Assembly (NCBI RefSeq): GCF_032191835.1
Contig: NC_083234.1
Span: 77,810,001-77,874,000 of the forward strand
Source: Heteronotia binoei
Taxonomy: Eukaryota
Direction: 5' to 3'
DNA: 64,000 bases
Under the pieces are notes generated by a model. It was not told the DNA's origin. It did no database searches and saw nothing but the letters and a program-made list of their open reading frames with translations. Of the stretch, positions 11,536 to 22,972 are shown in pieces. Both the position numbers and the translations under genes were made by a program. Position 1 is the stretch's first letter. Each line of letters opens with the position of its first letter.

Positions 11536-13324
11536 TATTGCTCCAGATGCCAACAAGCTGCTGTTCTGCGGAAAGAATTTTTTAAAAGTCAAATTTCTAG
11601 CCCTTAAGTTTCTAGCCCTCTTCAGGGCTTTGCCTGGGGAATTTCAGGTGTGTGTGTGTGAACTTGTTCTTGGCCAAAAATCAGCGGGTGTGTTGTATAT
11701 CTTGTCCTGACCTGGCTGGCTCAGGCTAAGCCAATCTCATCAGATCTGGGAAGCGAAGCCCCAGCTAGTACTTGAAAGCCAGGGTCATTTTGGATAGAAA
11801 GAGGTGCTGATTAGCACAACGCATTTGCATAACTCATTTGCATATGCCACCCACCCCTGACATCACCGGAAGGTGTACTAAATTCTATCTGCTCAGCATC
11901 TACCTGAAAATGCTTCTTGAATTATAAGAAAACCTTACTCCCAACATACCGTACTTTTAAAATTATTTTCTCCTAGGTGGCTATAGTGGCATGGTGAAGA
12001 TTTCCATCTGTCTGCTTTATATATTTTGGTTATTTATTTTGGTTATTTATTTTGGTTATTTCCCCCATTTTTTTTGTGGGGAAAAATATTAGAAAGTTTG
12101 TCGAATCTGAAGAGTTCAGCAAAATTCTCATAGGAGGTTTGAGCGATGGAGCCCAGAAGCAAGGGGGTTTTTTGGCGGGGGGAAAAAGAAAGAGCACAAT
12201 AAAATTTAGAGGTCCTGGAGCTCTGCTCCAATGAGCTCCTGCCCAAAATGAGGCTTACTTGAAGGGGAGACCCCCAAAGAAGCCCACGGTTGCTGTGCAG
12301 AGGCAGGAAATGGCCAACCGCCTCTGAACGTCTCTCACCTTGAAAGCCATGGCTTTGCTATTTGATGGCATTTCCCATCGTCATCGTATCTCTTTGCAGC
12401 ATGCTGGGCCAAGGCATAAAGCAACTTGGTCTCCAAACTGGTTGCAAAAGGGAAAATGCCATCTTGGGGTGCCCTGCACACACTGTGTGTCCTCAAGCAG
12501 CTGTTTTTTTTTTTTTTTTGTCTTGCTGTTGTCCCACAAAGTTCACAGAGTTCAGGGCTAACAGACTTGCAGTACAGATGGGAGATTTTTAGCTGCATCA
12601 TTCAGCCTGCCTGTTTTGAAATCGAGGCACTGCCTCGCCAGAAACCCAGGGCAGCAAGGAAAGCTTGTGGGTTGTTTCTTTTCGAAGTCGTTTTAAATCA
12701 ACACAGACCTATCAAAGATGTCCAGCATGGTCTCGGGGTTCAAGTGCTGAACTATCCCCAGTGGTGCACCTGGCTTGGACCTTCCTGCTGAGGGTCTAAC
12801 TCTCTAGGGCACAGCTGGAGGTCGCAGGGTCCCCAGAGCCCACCTGGGGATGCCACCAGCACTCTTTTAGAGCCAAATGTAGCCCATGTAGAAATGGCAG
12901 GAGGGCTCAGCCCCAGCACAGAGGGCTCAGGCACTTTCGTTCTCCCCCCACCCCGATGTACCTTTCCAAGCGCCCCCTGGTGGCTGTTTGAGGCCAAGGT
13001 TTGGGATTTCATGGTGCCCAGGCAGAGGGGGGACCGGATTCAGAGTGTTTAATTGCTTCATTTGGATTATTTAGTGACTTCATTGATGCCCTCCCCGCCC
13101 CTCTCCAGCAAGGACCCGAAGCCGCAGACCTCATTCTCCTCTCCAGCATTTGAGCCTCGCAACAACCCAGCAAGGAAGGCTAGACCCAGGAAGCTTCCAT
13201 GGCAGAGGGGAGATTAAAACCTGGGTCTAGACACTCCAACCACTATACCATGCTGGCTGGATTGGGACTGCGGAATTTTCTCACCCTGAAATGGCTTCAG
13301 AGCCTCACCGCTTGCCTGCCCCCA

Positions 13325-13503
13325 GTTTTTTTAATAGCAGGAACTCCTTTGCATATTAGGCCACACCTCCTTGATGTAGCCAATCCTCCTGGAGCTTACA
13401 GGAGGCCCTGCACTAAGAGCTCTGTAAGCTCCAGGAGGGTTGGCTACATCAGGGAGGTGTGGCCTAATATGCAAAGGAGTTCCTGCTCCAAAAAAAGCCC
13501 TGG
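13325..13503. mobile_element. Hairpin MITE (TIR CAGGGCTTTTTT family)
   Basis: Arms AGCAGGAACTCCTTTGCATATTAGGCCACAC.../...GTGTGGCCTAATATGCAAAGGAGTTCCTGCT. Relatives at ~4375-4530, 4914-5110, 8060-8162, 22793-22972, 52560-52665. Confidence 0.8.
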
Positions 13504-13996
13504 GGGAAACGTAGCAGAAAGCTTGTGAGTAGAGCTGCCATGCTCCCGGGCTGGGCTGGGGTTTTCCCACCCTGGAGGTTCCCAATCCACCTGCCCACAT
13601 TGGGCCGCCACGGGGAACCTCCCCTGACATCGCCGGCGTGATGACATCACCCGCAAGTAACATCAACGTGCTAGCGACGTCACACGCTGGCTGTTGTAGG
13701 CATTTCCGGGAAAACTCTATGGTTTTCCTGGATGCTCTAGCAATTTGGGAGGGAAACCTCTATGGTACAATAGAGGAGCCAGTGGGGGACTTGGCATCCC
13801 TACCTGTGAGTTCATGTAAATTTCCCCAAGGGGCAAACAGAGGCTCCCTAGGATGACTTCAGGCCAAGAAAATGATTTGGTGGGGGGGGGGGGCGCTCTT
13901 CTTATGCCCCGTGCTCCTGATCTGAACTGAGAACACACCTGCGAAGCACAGAAATTCCCAACTGCAGCTGTTGAGCCAATCCAGGAACCTATTAAG

Positions 13997-14210
13997 GGGA
14001 GGGAGGGTGGCTCAGTGGTAGAGCATCTGCTTGGGAAGCAGAAGGTCCCAGGTTCAATCCCTGGCATCTCCAAAAAAGGGTCCAGGCAAATAGGTGTGAA
14101 AAACCTCAGCTTGAGACCCTGGAGAGCCGCTGCCAGTCTGAGAAGACAATTCTGACTTTGATGGACCAAGGGTCTGATTCAGTATAAGGCAGCTTCATAT
14201 GTCCATATGT
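13997..14210 (+). mobile_element. tRNA-derived SINE with CR1-like tail (Squam3-like)
   Basis: Near-identical to the 4107 copy. Confidence 0.78.
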
Positions 14211-15019
14211 ACCTGGGGAAATGTATAGTGAGGTGAGTCCCGCAGTGGTGAAGTTTGCTGGGCAGCCTTCTTCACACCAACAGCCTGACCTACCTCACAG
14301 CGTTGCTGTGGCAGGGAAACAAAGGAGGGAGGGCCACAGTCCCGCATCCCCAGCTCCTGGGAGGAAGGCCAATGCCACTTGGAGAAATTAAAAGTTCAGA
14401 AGAAGTTGAATGCAGCAGCCACAAGATGGAGCCCCCTCCCCCCAATTGGAGTCTACCCTCTGCTGCAAGCTCAACAAGAGGTGACTGGAGGCAACCCCAT
14501 CTCTCTCTGGCTCACCTGCCCCCCATCTGCACGAAGCGGGGGAAGGGGGGGTGGGAATAGCACAAGCCTGCTTTCTTGGGATGCTGGAAACCGCTCTTGA
14601 GGCCATGCAAGTGAAAGGCTTCGGACGTTCTGAATGCTGAGGATCATAATGTTGCTACATTCCCTTGGGTACGCTTTCTGATGTATTGAAAGCAGGATGG
14701 AAAAGTGCACTCCCCTTATTATAAGCAGTGTTCCCTTTAAGCTGAGTTAGTGTGAGCTAGCTCACGGTTCTTTAGCCTCCAGCTCAAAATTTTTTGTCTT
14801 CACTCAGGAAGGATGACCCCAGAGCAGACTAATGTATGCAGGAGACAAATCACTCGCTCACAACTTTAATGCCAGTAGCTCATGAAGTTGGATTTTTGCT
14901 CACAAGACTCCACAGCATTGATTATAAGCCAGACAGATGTCACTGGAAGACGGTTCCTTTCCCTGCACGACATAAATGGGGGGGGGGGCATTTTCTCTGC
15001 CCACCCCTAAGCTTACAGT

Positions 15020-15097
15020 CATAAGAACAGAAGAGAAGCCATGTTGGATCAGGCCAATGGCCCATCCAGTCCAACACTCTGTGTCACACAGTGGCCA

Positions 15098-15133
<36 letters not shown>

Positions 15134-15615
15134 TGGCTAATAGCCACTGATGGACCTCTGCTCCATATTTTTATCCAATCCACTCTTGAAGCTGGCTATG
15201 CTTGTAGCCGCCACCACCTCCTGTGGCAGTGAATTCCACATGTTAATCACCCTTTGGGTGAAGAAGTACTTCCTTTTATCCATTCTAACCTGACTGCTCA
15301 GCAATTTCATTGAATGCCCATGAGTTCTTGTATTGTGAGAAAGCGAGAAAAGGACTTCTTTCTCTACTTTCTCCATCCCATGCATAATCTTGTAAACCTC
15401 TATCATGTCACCCTGCAGTCGACGTTTCTCCAAGCTAAAGAGCCTCAAGCGTTTTAACCTTTCTTCATAGTGAAAGTGTTCCAAACCTTTAATCATTCTA
15501 GTTGCCCTTTTCTGCACTTTTTCCAGTGCTATAATATCCTTTTTGAGGCGTGGTGACCAGAATTGTACACAGTATTCCAAATGAGACTGCACCATCGATT
15601 TATACAGGGGCATTA
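15020..15615 (-). mobile_element. CR1 LINE 3' fragment (ORF2 C-terminus and 3' UTR)
   Basis: HLEYCVQFWSPRLKKDIIALEKVQKRATRMIKGLE...LRLFSLEKRRL...WNSLPQEVV; (TTCTTATG)-type tail; (CA)n in the 3' UTR. Confidence 0.92.
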
Positions 15616-16259
15616 TGATACTGTGATACTATGATACTGTGCCCAGAGCACAGACCAGCAATGTGAATCCAACAGTATAGCTGACCTACCTTGCAGGGCT
15701 GCAGGGTGGATTGGTTCTCCAGCCAAGTGACTACTCAGGGACTCGGCAGCCATCAGCCCCATGGGGAGGGGGGAGCCCCATCTCCTCCTGGACTTTTGCT
15801 GCTGCTGAAGGTCCGGAGCCGGGAAGGGAGGCAGCTGTACTTTGCTGGGGGGGGGGGATCAAATACCTTGAAGCAGGGGCTGTAAGGCAGGGGATGAAAC
15901 TGAGGGGAGGAGTGTGGGGCAAGCTGGGGGCGGAATCCTCTCGATCACCTTCTGAGAGAAAGAGGTTTTCTGGGTCGCAGCCCGGCAATCGTAGGCGGCC
16001 TTAATTGTTTCTGGCAGGGCAGCTGGGCTTTTGACAGCCACCTGACAAGCCTCCTTCAGTGAAGCTTGTTCCAGAAAGCGATGAAAGGGATGCAGGGGGC
16101 CATCTTGCCATTCTCCACATGGGGTTTTGCCTCGGTGAAGCTGCTAAGAAAAACAACACTGGTCAGGCACAGAGATCTCCGGGGCTGTGCAGAATGTCTG
16201 AATCGGCATAGAAGGGGGATTGTGTGGGAGTGGGGCTCTTTTGTAAAGACCTTTTATAA

Positions 16260-16658
16260 CAGAGGTGGCCAAACTGCAGCTCGGGAGCCACATGTGGCTC
16301 TTTCACACATACTGTGTGGCTCTTGAAGCCTCCGCTGCCATGTCAGCCAGCTTGGAGAAGGCACTGGTCTCTTTAAATCAGTTCTCCAAGCCAAGCCAGC
16401 TGGCAGCTTGGAGAATGCATATAAAGTTAAAGTTGCTTTCTTTCCACCTCCNNNNNNNNNNNNNNNNNNNNNNNNNNNNNNNNNNNNNNNNNNNNNNNNN
16501 NNNNNNNNNNNNNNNNNNNNNNNNNNNNNNNNNNNNNNNNNNNNNNNNNNNNNNNNNNNNNNNNNNNNNNNNNNNNNNNNNNNNNNNGTCTTGTGGCTCT
16601 CAAACATCTCCCATTTATTCTATATGGCTCTGATGTTAAGCAAGTTTGGCCACCCCTG
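16260..16658. mobile_element. hAT (Charlie-like) MITE containing the N gap
   Basis: TIRs CAG(A/G)GGTGGCCAAAC...GTTTGGCCACCCCTG; a second copy at ~36331-36620. Confidence 0.8.
16452..16587. other. Assembly gap (136 N) inside a hAT MITE
   Basis: Run of N. Confidence 0.99.
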
Positions 16659-16666
16659 CTTTAGAA

Positions 16667-16805
16667 CAGGAGTGGCCAACGGTAGCTCTCCAGATGTTTT
16701 TTGCCTACAACTCCCATCAGCCCCAGCCATTGACCATGCTGGCTGGGGCTGATGGGAGTTGTAGGCAAAAAAAACCATTTGGAGAGCTACCGTTGGCCAC
16801 CCCTG
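16667..16805. mobile_element. Palindromic hAT MITE abutting the previous MITE
   Basis: Same family as 10688; TSD CTTTAGAA/CTTCAGAA. Confidence 0.85.
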
Positions 16806-17761
16806 CTTCAGAATATTGATTGCCTGGCAAGTAACAGCAATTGGTCACCTTCAGGATCCACAAGGTGCCTTATGGGGGCACTGCAGGTGCTTAATCTCAA
16901 GCGCTGGATGGAGGAGATGCTGGGAAACCTGACCAGGGATCTTGGCTGGCTTCATTTCAGCCAAGGGGCACGAGGGTAGAAGAGAGGAAAGTCCCCCTTT
17001 CGCCCTAGACTCCCTTGGCAAACTCAAGACCACCCTGCCCCCCACCCCACCCCACTCTGCTGCTGCTGCCGGTTTGTCTGCTTATTTAAAATATTTATAT
17101 GCCCCACCCTTTCTCCCAGGCACCTCAAGACCCAATGTGGGTTCCAACAGTGTAAAAATAGGACAAAACATAATTAGTAAAATAAATATTCAAAACCCAA
17201 ATCAAATGTGTTACGGTCAAAAGACCCGCAATATTAAATACAGATAAAAGAATTATTAAAACGGGACCTCTGAGAATGCCAGTTCCAGCTGCTGGCAAAA
17301 TGTCTGCAATACCAAGGCCATGACCACACAGCCCGGGAAATCTACAACTATCCAAGCAATACTTTTAATGGCACACCATGTCCTTTTCAAGAAAAGAAGA
17401 GGGGCGGGGGATACCCCTGGTTTTGTTGCAAGGGAATGGCAGCTGCTGCAGGCAAGAGAGGGCCCAAGGATGATTTCAATCAGGCCCCATTTTGGGCAGG
17501 AGCTCACAGGAGCAGAGCTCCGGAACCTCTAAATTTTATTGTGCTCTTTCTTTCTCTCTCTCCCCCCGCCAAATACTTGTTTCTGGGCTCCCTTGTTCAA
17601 CCTCCCTGTCACAATTCTGCTGAACTCTAAGATTTGACAAATTTTCCAATATTTTCCCCCACAAAAAATAGTGGGAAAATAACCAAAGCATATCAAGCAG
17701 ACAGAGGGAAACCTTCATCCTGCCACTGTGGCCACAAAAGAGAAAGTAATTTATAAGTAAG

Positions 17762-18510
17762 TAAGTAAAATTTTATTTATATCCCGCCCTCCCCCGCCAA
17801 GCAGGCTCAGGGCGGCTAACAACAGCAAAATAACAATACATTTAACAAAACATTAAATTAACCCCAAACCGATTAATACATTAGTTAAAACAGTTACTAA
17901 GTCTAAAAACATTAAGTTAAATCTGACAGTACCGTTATTAATCGACGCTATGCCTGTCAATTTGTGTAATGATGGCGGATCTCCAGACTGGACCATTTTG
18001 ATGTTTCTTTGTGGACTTGGTCAGCCGTTCATGAATGCCTGTTTGAAAAGGGTGGTCTTGCAGGCCCAGCGGAACTGATCAAGGTTCCGCAGGGCCCGCA
18101 CCTCCTCTGGGAGTTGATTCCACAAACATGGGGCCGTGGTAGAGAAGGCCCGTGCATAGGTAGTCCGAAGTTTAACTTCTTTTGGCCCAGGGGTGGTCAA
18201 TCTGTTTTTACCTACTGACCTCAGTGCTCTCTGGGGCTCATACGGGGAGAGACGGTCCCTCAGGTAGGTCGGTCCTCGGCCATATAGGGCTTTAAAGGTA
18301 ATCACCAGCACTTTGTACTGACCCGGTATACAATCGGCAGCCAGTGCAGTTCGCGTAGCCCCGGCCGTATATGCTCCCATCTTGGGAGGCCAAGCAGCAG
18401 CCTGGCCGCCGCGTTCTGCACTAGCTGCAATCTCCGGGTCCGGCACAGAGGCAGCCCCATGTAGAGGGCGTTACAGTAGTCCAATCTTGAAGTGACCGTC
18501 GCAATGGGTC
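17762..18510 (-). mobile_element. L2 LINE 3' fragment
   Basis: TSRLDYCNALYMGLPL...LQLVQNAAARLL...LRELHWLP and APCLWNQLPEEVR; tail GAGCCTGCTTGGCGGGGGAGGGCGGGATATAAAT. Confidence 0.92.
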
Positions 18511-19539
18511 CAAGGCAGGCTTCATGATGACAATTATAATTCAAGAAGCATTTTAAGGCAGATGTTGAATTGACCTAATTTAGTGCACCTTCTGGTGATG
18601 TCAGGGGTGTGTGGCCATGCAAATTACTTGCGCTAATGAGCTCCGGCACCTCTTTTTCTACAAAGACTCCTGATTTCAATTACAGACTTAAGAGAAAAAA
18701 GGAAGCAGGTGCAGGGCTGAAAGTGTTGTTGCATCGTCTAGATCCCTTTCGGGGGTCTTGCATAAAAACATGTCTACAAGATCCCCTGACAAAGCAATGG
18801 AATGCGTCGGGGTCTAGCAGATCTAATAAATCCCTCGCCGTTGCGCTTTGTCCTTTTTTCTCCTACCTTCCGGTGTGGCCTTTATCGCCACAGGCCTCCA
18901 CAGCAGCTGGGAGGCTAAAAGCTTCTTTGCCTGCCTGGGTGGCCTCAGCCTGGGTCTGGGACAGCTGTAAACAGATGCTGAGAGATCTGTGATCTACTCG
19001 GTCACTGCTGAGATTTGCCAACTCTGGGTTGGGAAATTCTTGGAGATGTGGAGGGTGGAGACTGGGGAGGGCGGGGTTTGGAGAGGGGAGGGACCTCATA
19101 GGGGGTCACCCTCCAAAGGAACCATTTTCTCCAGGAGAACTGACCTCCGTGACCTGGAGATCAGTTCTCATTCCAGGAGATCTCTGGGCCTCGCCTGGAG
19201 GTTGGCAACCCTAGCCTTTCCTTTTATTATTGTTCTAGATTAGATTAATTGGATTTCTATCCCACCCTCCCCACCAAAGCAGGCTCAGGGCGGCTCACAG
19301 CAATACGTTGCAGTAAAATATCAATAGTACAGCTCCAGCAATTAAAACTGTTTAAAACAATAAAAACAATTTGGTGCTAATAGTAGATTAATGTTTGATG
19401 GCATTCCATGCTCTTAGGTGGCTTTTGTATCGCTGTATCAGCAGTTTAATTCTAGGGGTGGGGAATAGTGGCTCTCCAGGTGTTTTTTGCCTACAACTCC
19501 CATCAGCCCCAGCCATTAATAATAATAATAATAATAATA

Positions 19540-20370
19540 AATTTATTTTTATATCCCGCCCTCCCCCGCCAAAGGCAGGCTCAGGGCGGCTAACACGACA
19601 CGGTAAATACCATGATTACAGTAAAATACAATATTGTTACAAACAATTAGACAATTAAAACAAATAAATTACATTCATAAGTTAAGTTAAAATTAAATAA
19701 ACAGTTAAACCGTTATGAATTTTAGGTTTCAGTGCTACAATTCAGTTGTATATAAGAAGGCTAGATGTCATTTCCCGGGTTTCATTTTAGTGCGAGCTCG
19801 AAAAGGGCAGTTTTACAGGCCCTGCGGAACTGATTTAGGTCCCGCAGGGCTCGCACCTCTTCTGGAAGTTGATTCCACCATTGGGGAGCCATTGTTGAGA
19901 AGGCTTGCTCCCTTGTTGATTTCAGTCTAACCTCCCTTGGTCCAGGGACTTTTAAGAGGTTTTGAGAACTAGATCTCAGTGCTCTCTGGGGGACACATGG
20001 GGAGAGGCGGTCCCTAAGGTAGGCAGGTCCTCGGCCATATAGGCCATGCTGGCTGGGGCTGATGGGAATTGTAGGCAAAAACATCTGGAGAGCCAGTGTT
20101 CCCCACCCCTGGCTAGCCGGAAGAGTGTTGTCTTGCAGGCCTTGCGGAGCTGGGTGTGGTCCCGGAAGGCTCTGACCTCCTCCAGCAGTTGGTCCACCAA
20201 TAGGGGCGGCGATTGAAAAAGCTCTCGCTCTAGTGGTTTTCAATCTTGCCTCCCTCGGCCAGGGGTCGATAGAAGATTTTGTGTTCCAGATCGGAGTACC
20301 CTCTGGGGAACATGTGGGGAGAGATGGTCCCTAAGGTAGACAGGTCCTCGGCCATATAGGGCTCTGACTG
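19540..20370 (-). mobile_element. Nested/rearranged L2 3' fragments with half-MITE
   Basis: Repeated YGRGPAYLRDRLSP...WNQLPEEVRALR peptides; (AAT)n at 19518-19540. Confidence 0.8.
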
Positions 20371-21926
20371 AAGGACTTGAGCAAATCCAAACAAAGGCAG
20401 AATAAAATCTAAAACCGCAAACACGAAAACAAGGCAGAATGAATGCAGGCCCACCTCTGTAACAGAGAAAAGAATTATTAGAGTGAAGAGTTCTCCTCTC
20501 CCGGGCAGCAATAGCCTGCCCCCACAAATTGTGGCATGGTGCAGTGGTAAGAGAGTTGGACTAGGGTCTGTGTTCAAATCCTCACTCTGCCATGAAGCTT
20601 GCTGGCTCAGTCATCTTTACGTGGTTGTGAGGATAAAATGGGGAAAGGAATGCCATGCAGGCCTCCCTGAACTCTTGGAGAAAGGACAAGCTTTTATTTT
20701 ATTTTATTTTATTTTAAAAAACACAAGCAAGGGAGATTTAGAATTCAGGAGCAGAGCAGCGAATACAGCTCTGTTCTAGCTCTGCTGGACTGGATCCGCG
20801 GTCCATCTAATGCAGCATCTGGTTTCTCACAGCAGCCAACCGGTTGCCCAGGAAGGTCAAGAAAGAGGGCAGAGAGGCTGAGGCTTTCTGAGGGCACTGG
20901 CATTCAGACATATACTGCCTCTGACTATGGAGGTGCCCTTTGGCCACCAGCTCAAGTGACTATTCGTGGCTCCTCTATCCCCCATGAATCGAGCTTCGTC
21001 TTAAAGCCATCTGTGCTTGTGGCAGTCACTACCTCTGCTGGCAGCAAGTCTGCACTTGAATTACTTGTTCAGTAAAGAAGTGTTTCCTTTAGTCTGCCTT
21101 GAACCTATTTCCCAACAATTTCACTGAGAGAGAGAGAGGAAAAACTCCCTTTATGCAATTTCTCCACCTTGTGCATAATTTTTTAAAAATGGTATCGTAC
21201 ACCCTTTGAGTTGGCCATTTTTTAATAAACAGAAAAGCCTCAGGCTCTTCAGCTTCCCCAAGTCATACCGGTTCTTTTTTCAAAAATGCACTTAAGCGTT
21301 GCTGAAATTCTCAGGTAGTGAGAATGACGGCTTCTGATGGAGATGCAGTAGCCAGTTCTGTTCTGACCATGACTCTGGAGTAGCCCTCATAGCAGAAGAC
21401 ATAGGAATAATCTCCCACAGTTCATTTTTTTTTCTTTTTTAAAAGATCAAACTAATTGGATTGGTCCATAATACTGGGTAATCTTTGCTCTATTAGGGAA
21501 AACTTACATATGGAAAAATAGAATATTTAAACTGGCAGATTACAGCAGAGAATAAATGGACTCCTGCCCTTTCCCCACAATTAGAGTTAAAAAGCAAACA
21601 AACACAAACGCACCCCTGGAGATGCAGTCCTGGATTTCTGCTGCCTCTAATAACCGCTTGTCTTCTACCTCATTGCTGAGTCATGAAGCCAAAAGCTTGA
21701 AGGAGCCATTTCATCGTTGAAATTGCTGGGCTCAACCCCTATCCTTTGAAAACAAAAAGGAGAAAAAGAGGTACTGGCTGGTAAATGTGTTAGCCGTAGT
21801 CCAGTCCAAATCCAGCATTCTCAAATCTTGTCCCTCCGGTTCATTGGAGCCTGTCTTGGGCTAGAATTGGGGGCTCCCTGCCGCTCCCCAGCTCAGCTTC
21901 TTTGCTATCCACTTATGTGCAATAGA

Positions 21927-22215
21927 AGAGCCCCGTGGCACAGAGTGGGAAAGCTGCAGGACTGCAGTCGGAGCCCTCTGCTCACGACCTGAGTTCGATC
22001 CCAGCAGAAGCTGGTTCAAGTAGCCAGCTCAAGGATGATTCAGCCTTCCATCCTTCCGAGGTCGGTAAAATGAGTCCCCAGCTTGCTGGGAGGAAAGTGT
22101 AAAAGACTGGGGAAGGCAAGGGCAAACCACCCCGTAAAAAGTCTGCCGTGAAAACATTGTGAAAGCAACGTCACCCCAGAGTCGGAAACGACCGGTGCTT
22201 GCCCAGGGAACTACC
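21927..22215 (+). mobile_element. Sauria SINE
   Basis: Same family; 13-bp TSD TATGTGCAATAGA at 21914-21926 and 22216-22228. Confidence 0.9.
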
Positions 22216-22792
22216 TATGTGCAATAGATTTATTAATTCTATAACTTCTATAACTTATATCCCGCCCTTCCCACAGAATTCAAATCCAGGGGTGACTCAG
22301 GGACAACAAGATTTTTTGGGGTGGGGGAATAAGCTTTGGAGAATCAGCACTCCCTTTGTCAGGGTGTCCTCACCAGCTCTGACTCTCAAAAACTTGTGTC
22401 CTGGAATTCTTGTGAGTCTTTAAGGGCTTGAAGGGTTTTTGTTGTTTTGCCATCAAGGGGCACCCGACTTCTAGTGATGCTGAAGGGGTTTCCAAGGCAA
22501 GAGAAGTTCAGGAGTGGTTGGCCTTTGCCTCCCTCCGTGTCACAGCCCTGGACTTCCTTGGTGGTCTCCTGCCCAACTACTGACCATAACTGTAGTTGAA
22601 CGCAGAACTCAGAACTGGTTTTCATAGTTTCCTGTGGATTCTTCTGTTCTACGTGCATTGTTCCAGAACATTTGCCAGCAGTTATCACAGATATTGTTCT
22701 GCACAAGCAAGCTTGTTGCTTTTTGGAGAAGCAAAATCAGCATGTGGACTTAAAAAGACAGTGTTTATATAGGATCCCAGGAACGTAGCTAT

Positions 22793-22972
22793 CAGGGCTT
22801 TTTTGTAGCAGGAACTCCTTTGCATATTAGGCCACACACCCCTGATGTAGCCAATCCTCCAAGAGCTTACAGGGCTCTTAGTGCAGGGCCTACTGTAAGC
22901 TCCAGGAGGATTGGCTACATCAGGGGGTGTGGCCTAATATGCAAAGGAGTTCCTGCTACTAAAGAAGGGCTG
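22793..22972. mobile_element. Near-perfect hairpin MITE (~67-bp stem)
   Basis: Arms ~22805-22871 and ~22893-22959 are almost exact reverse complements. Confidence 0.85.
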
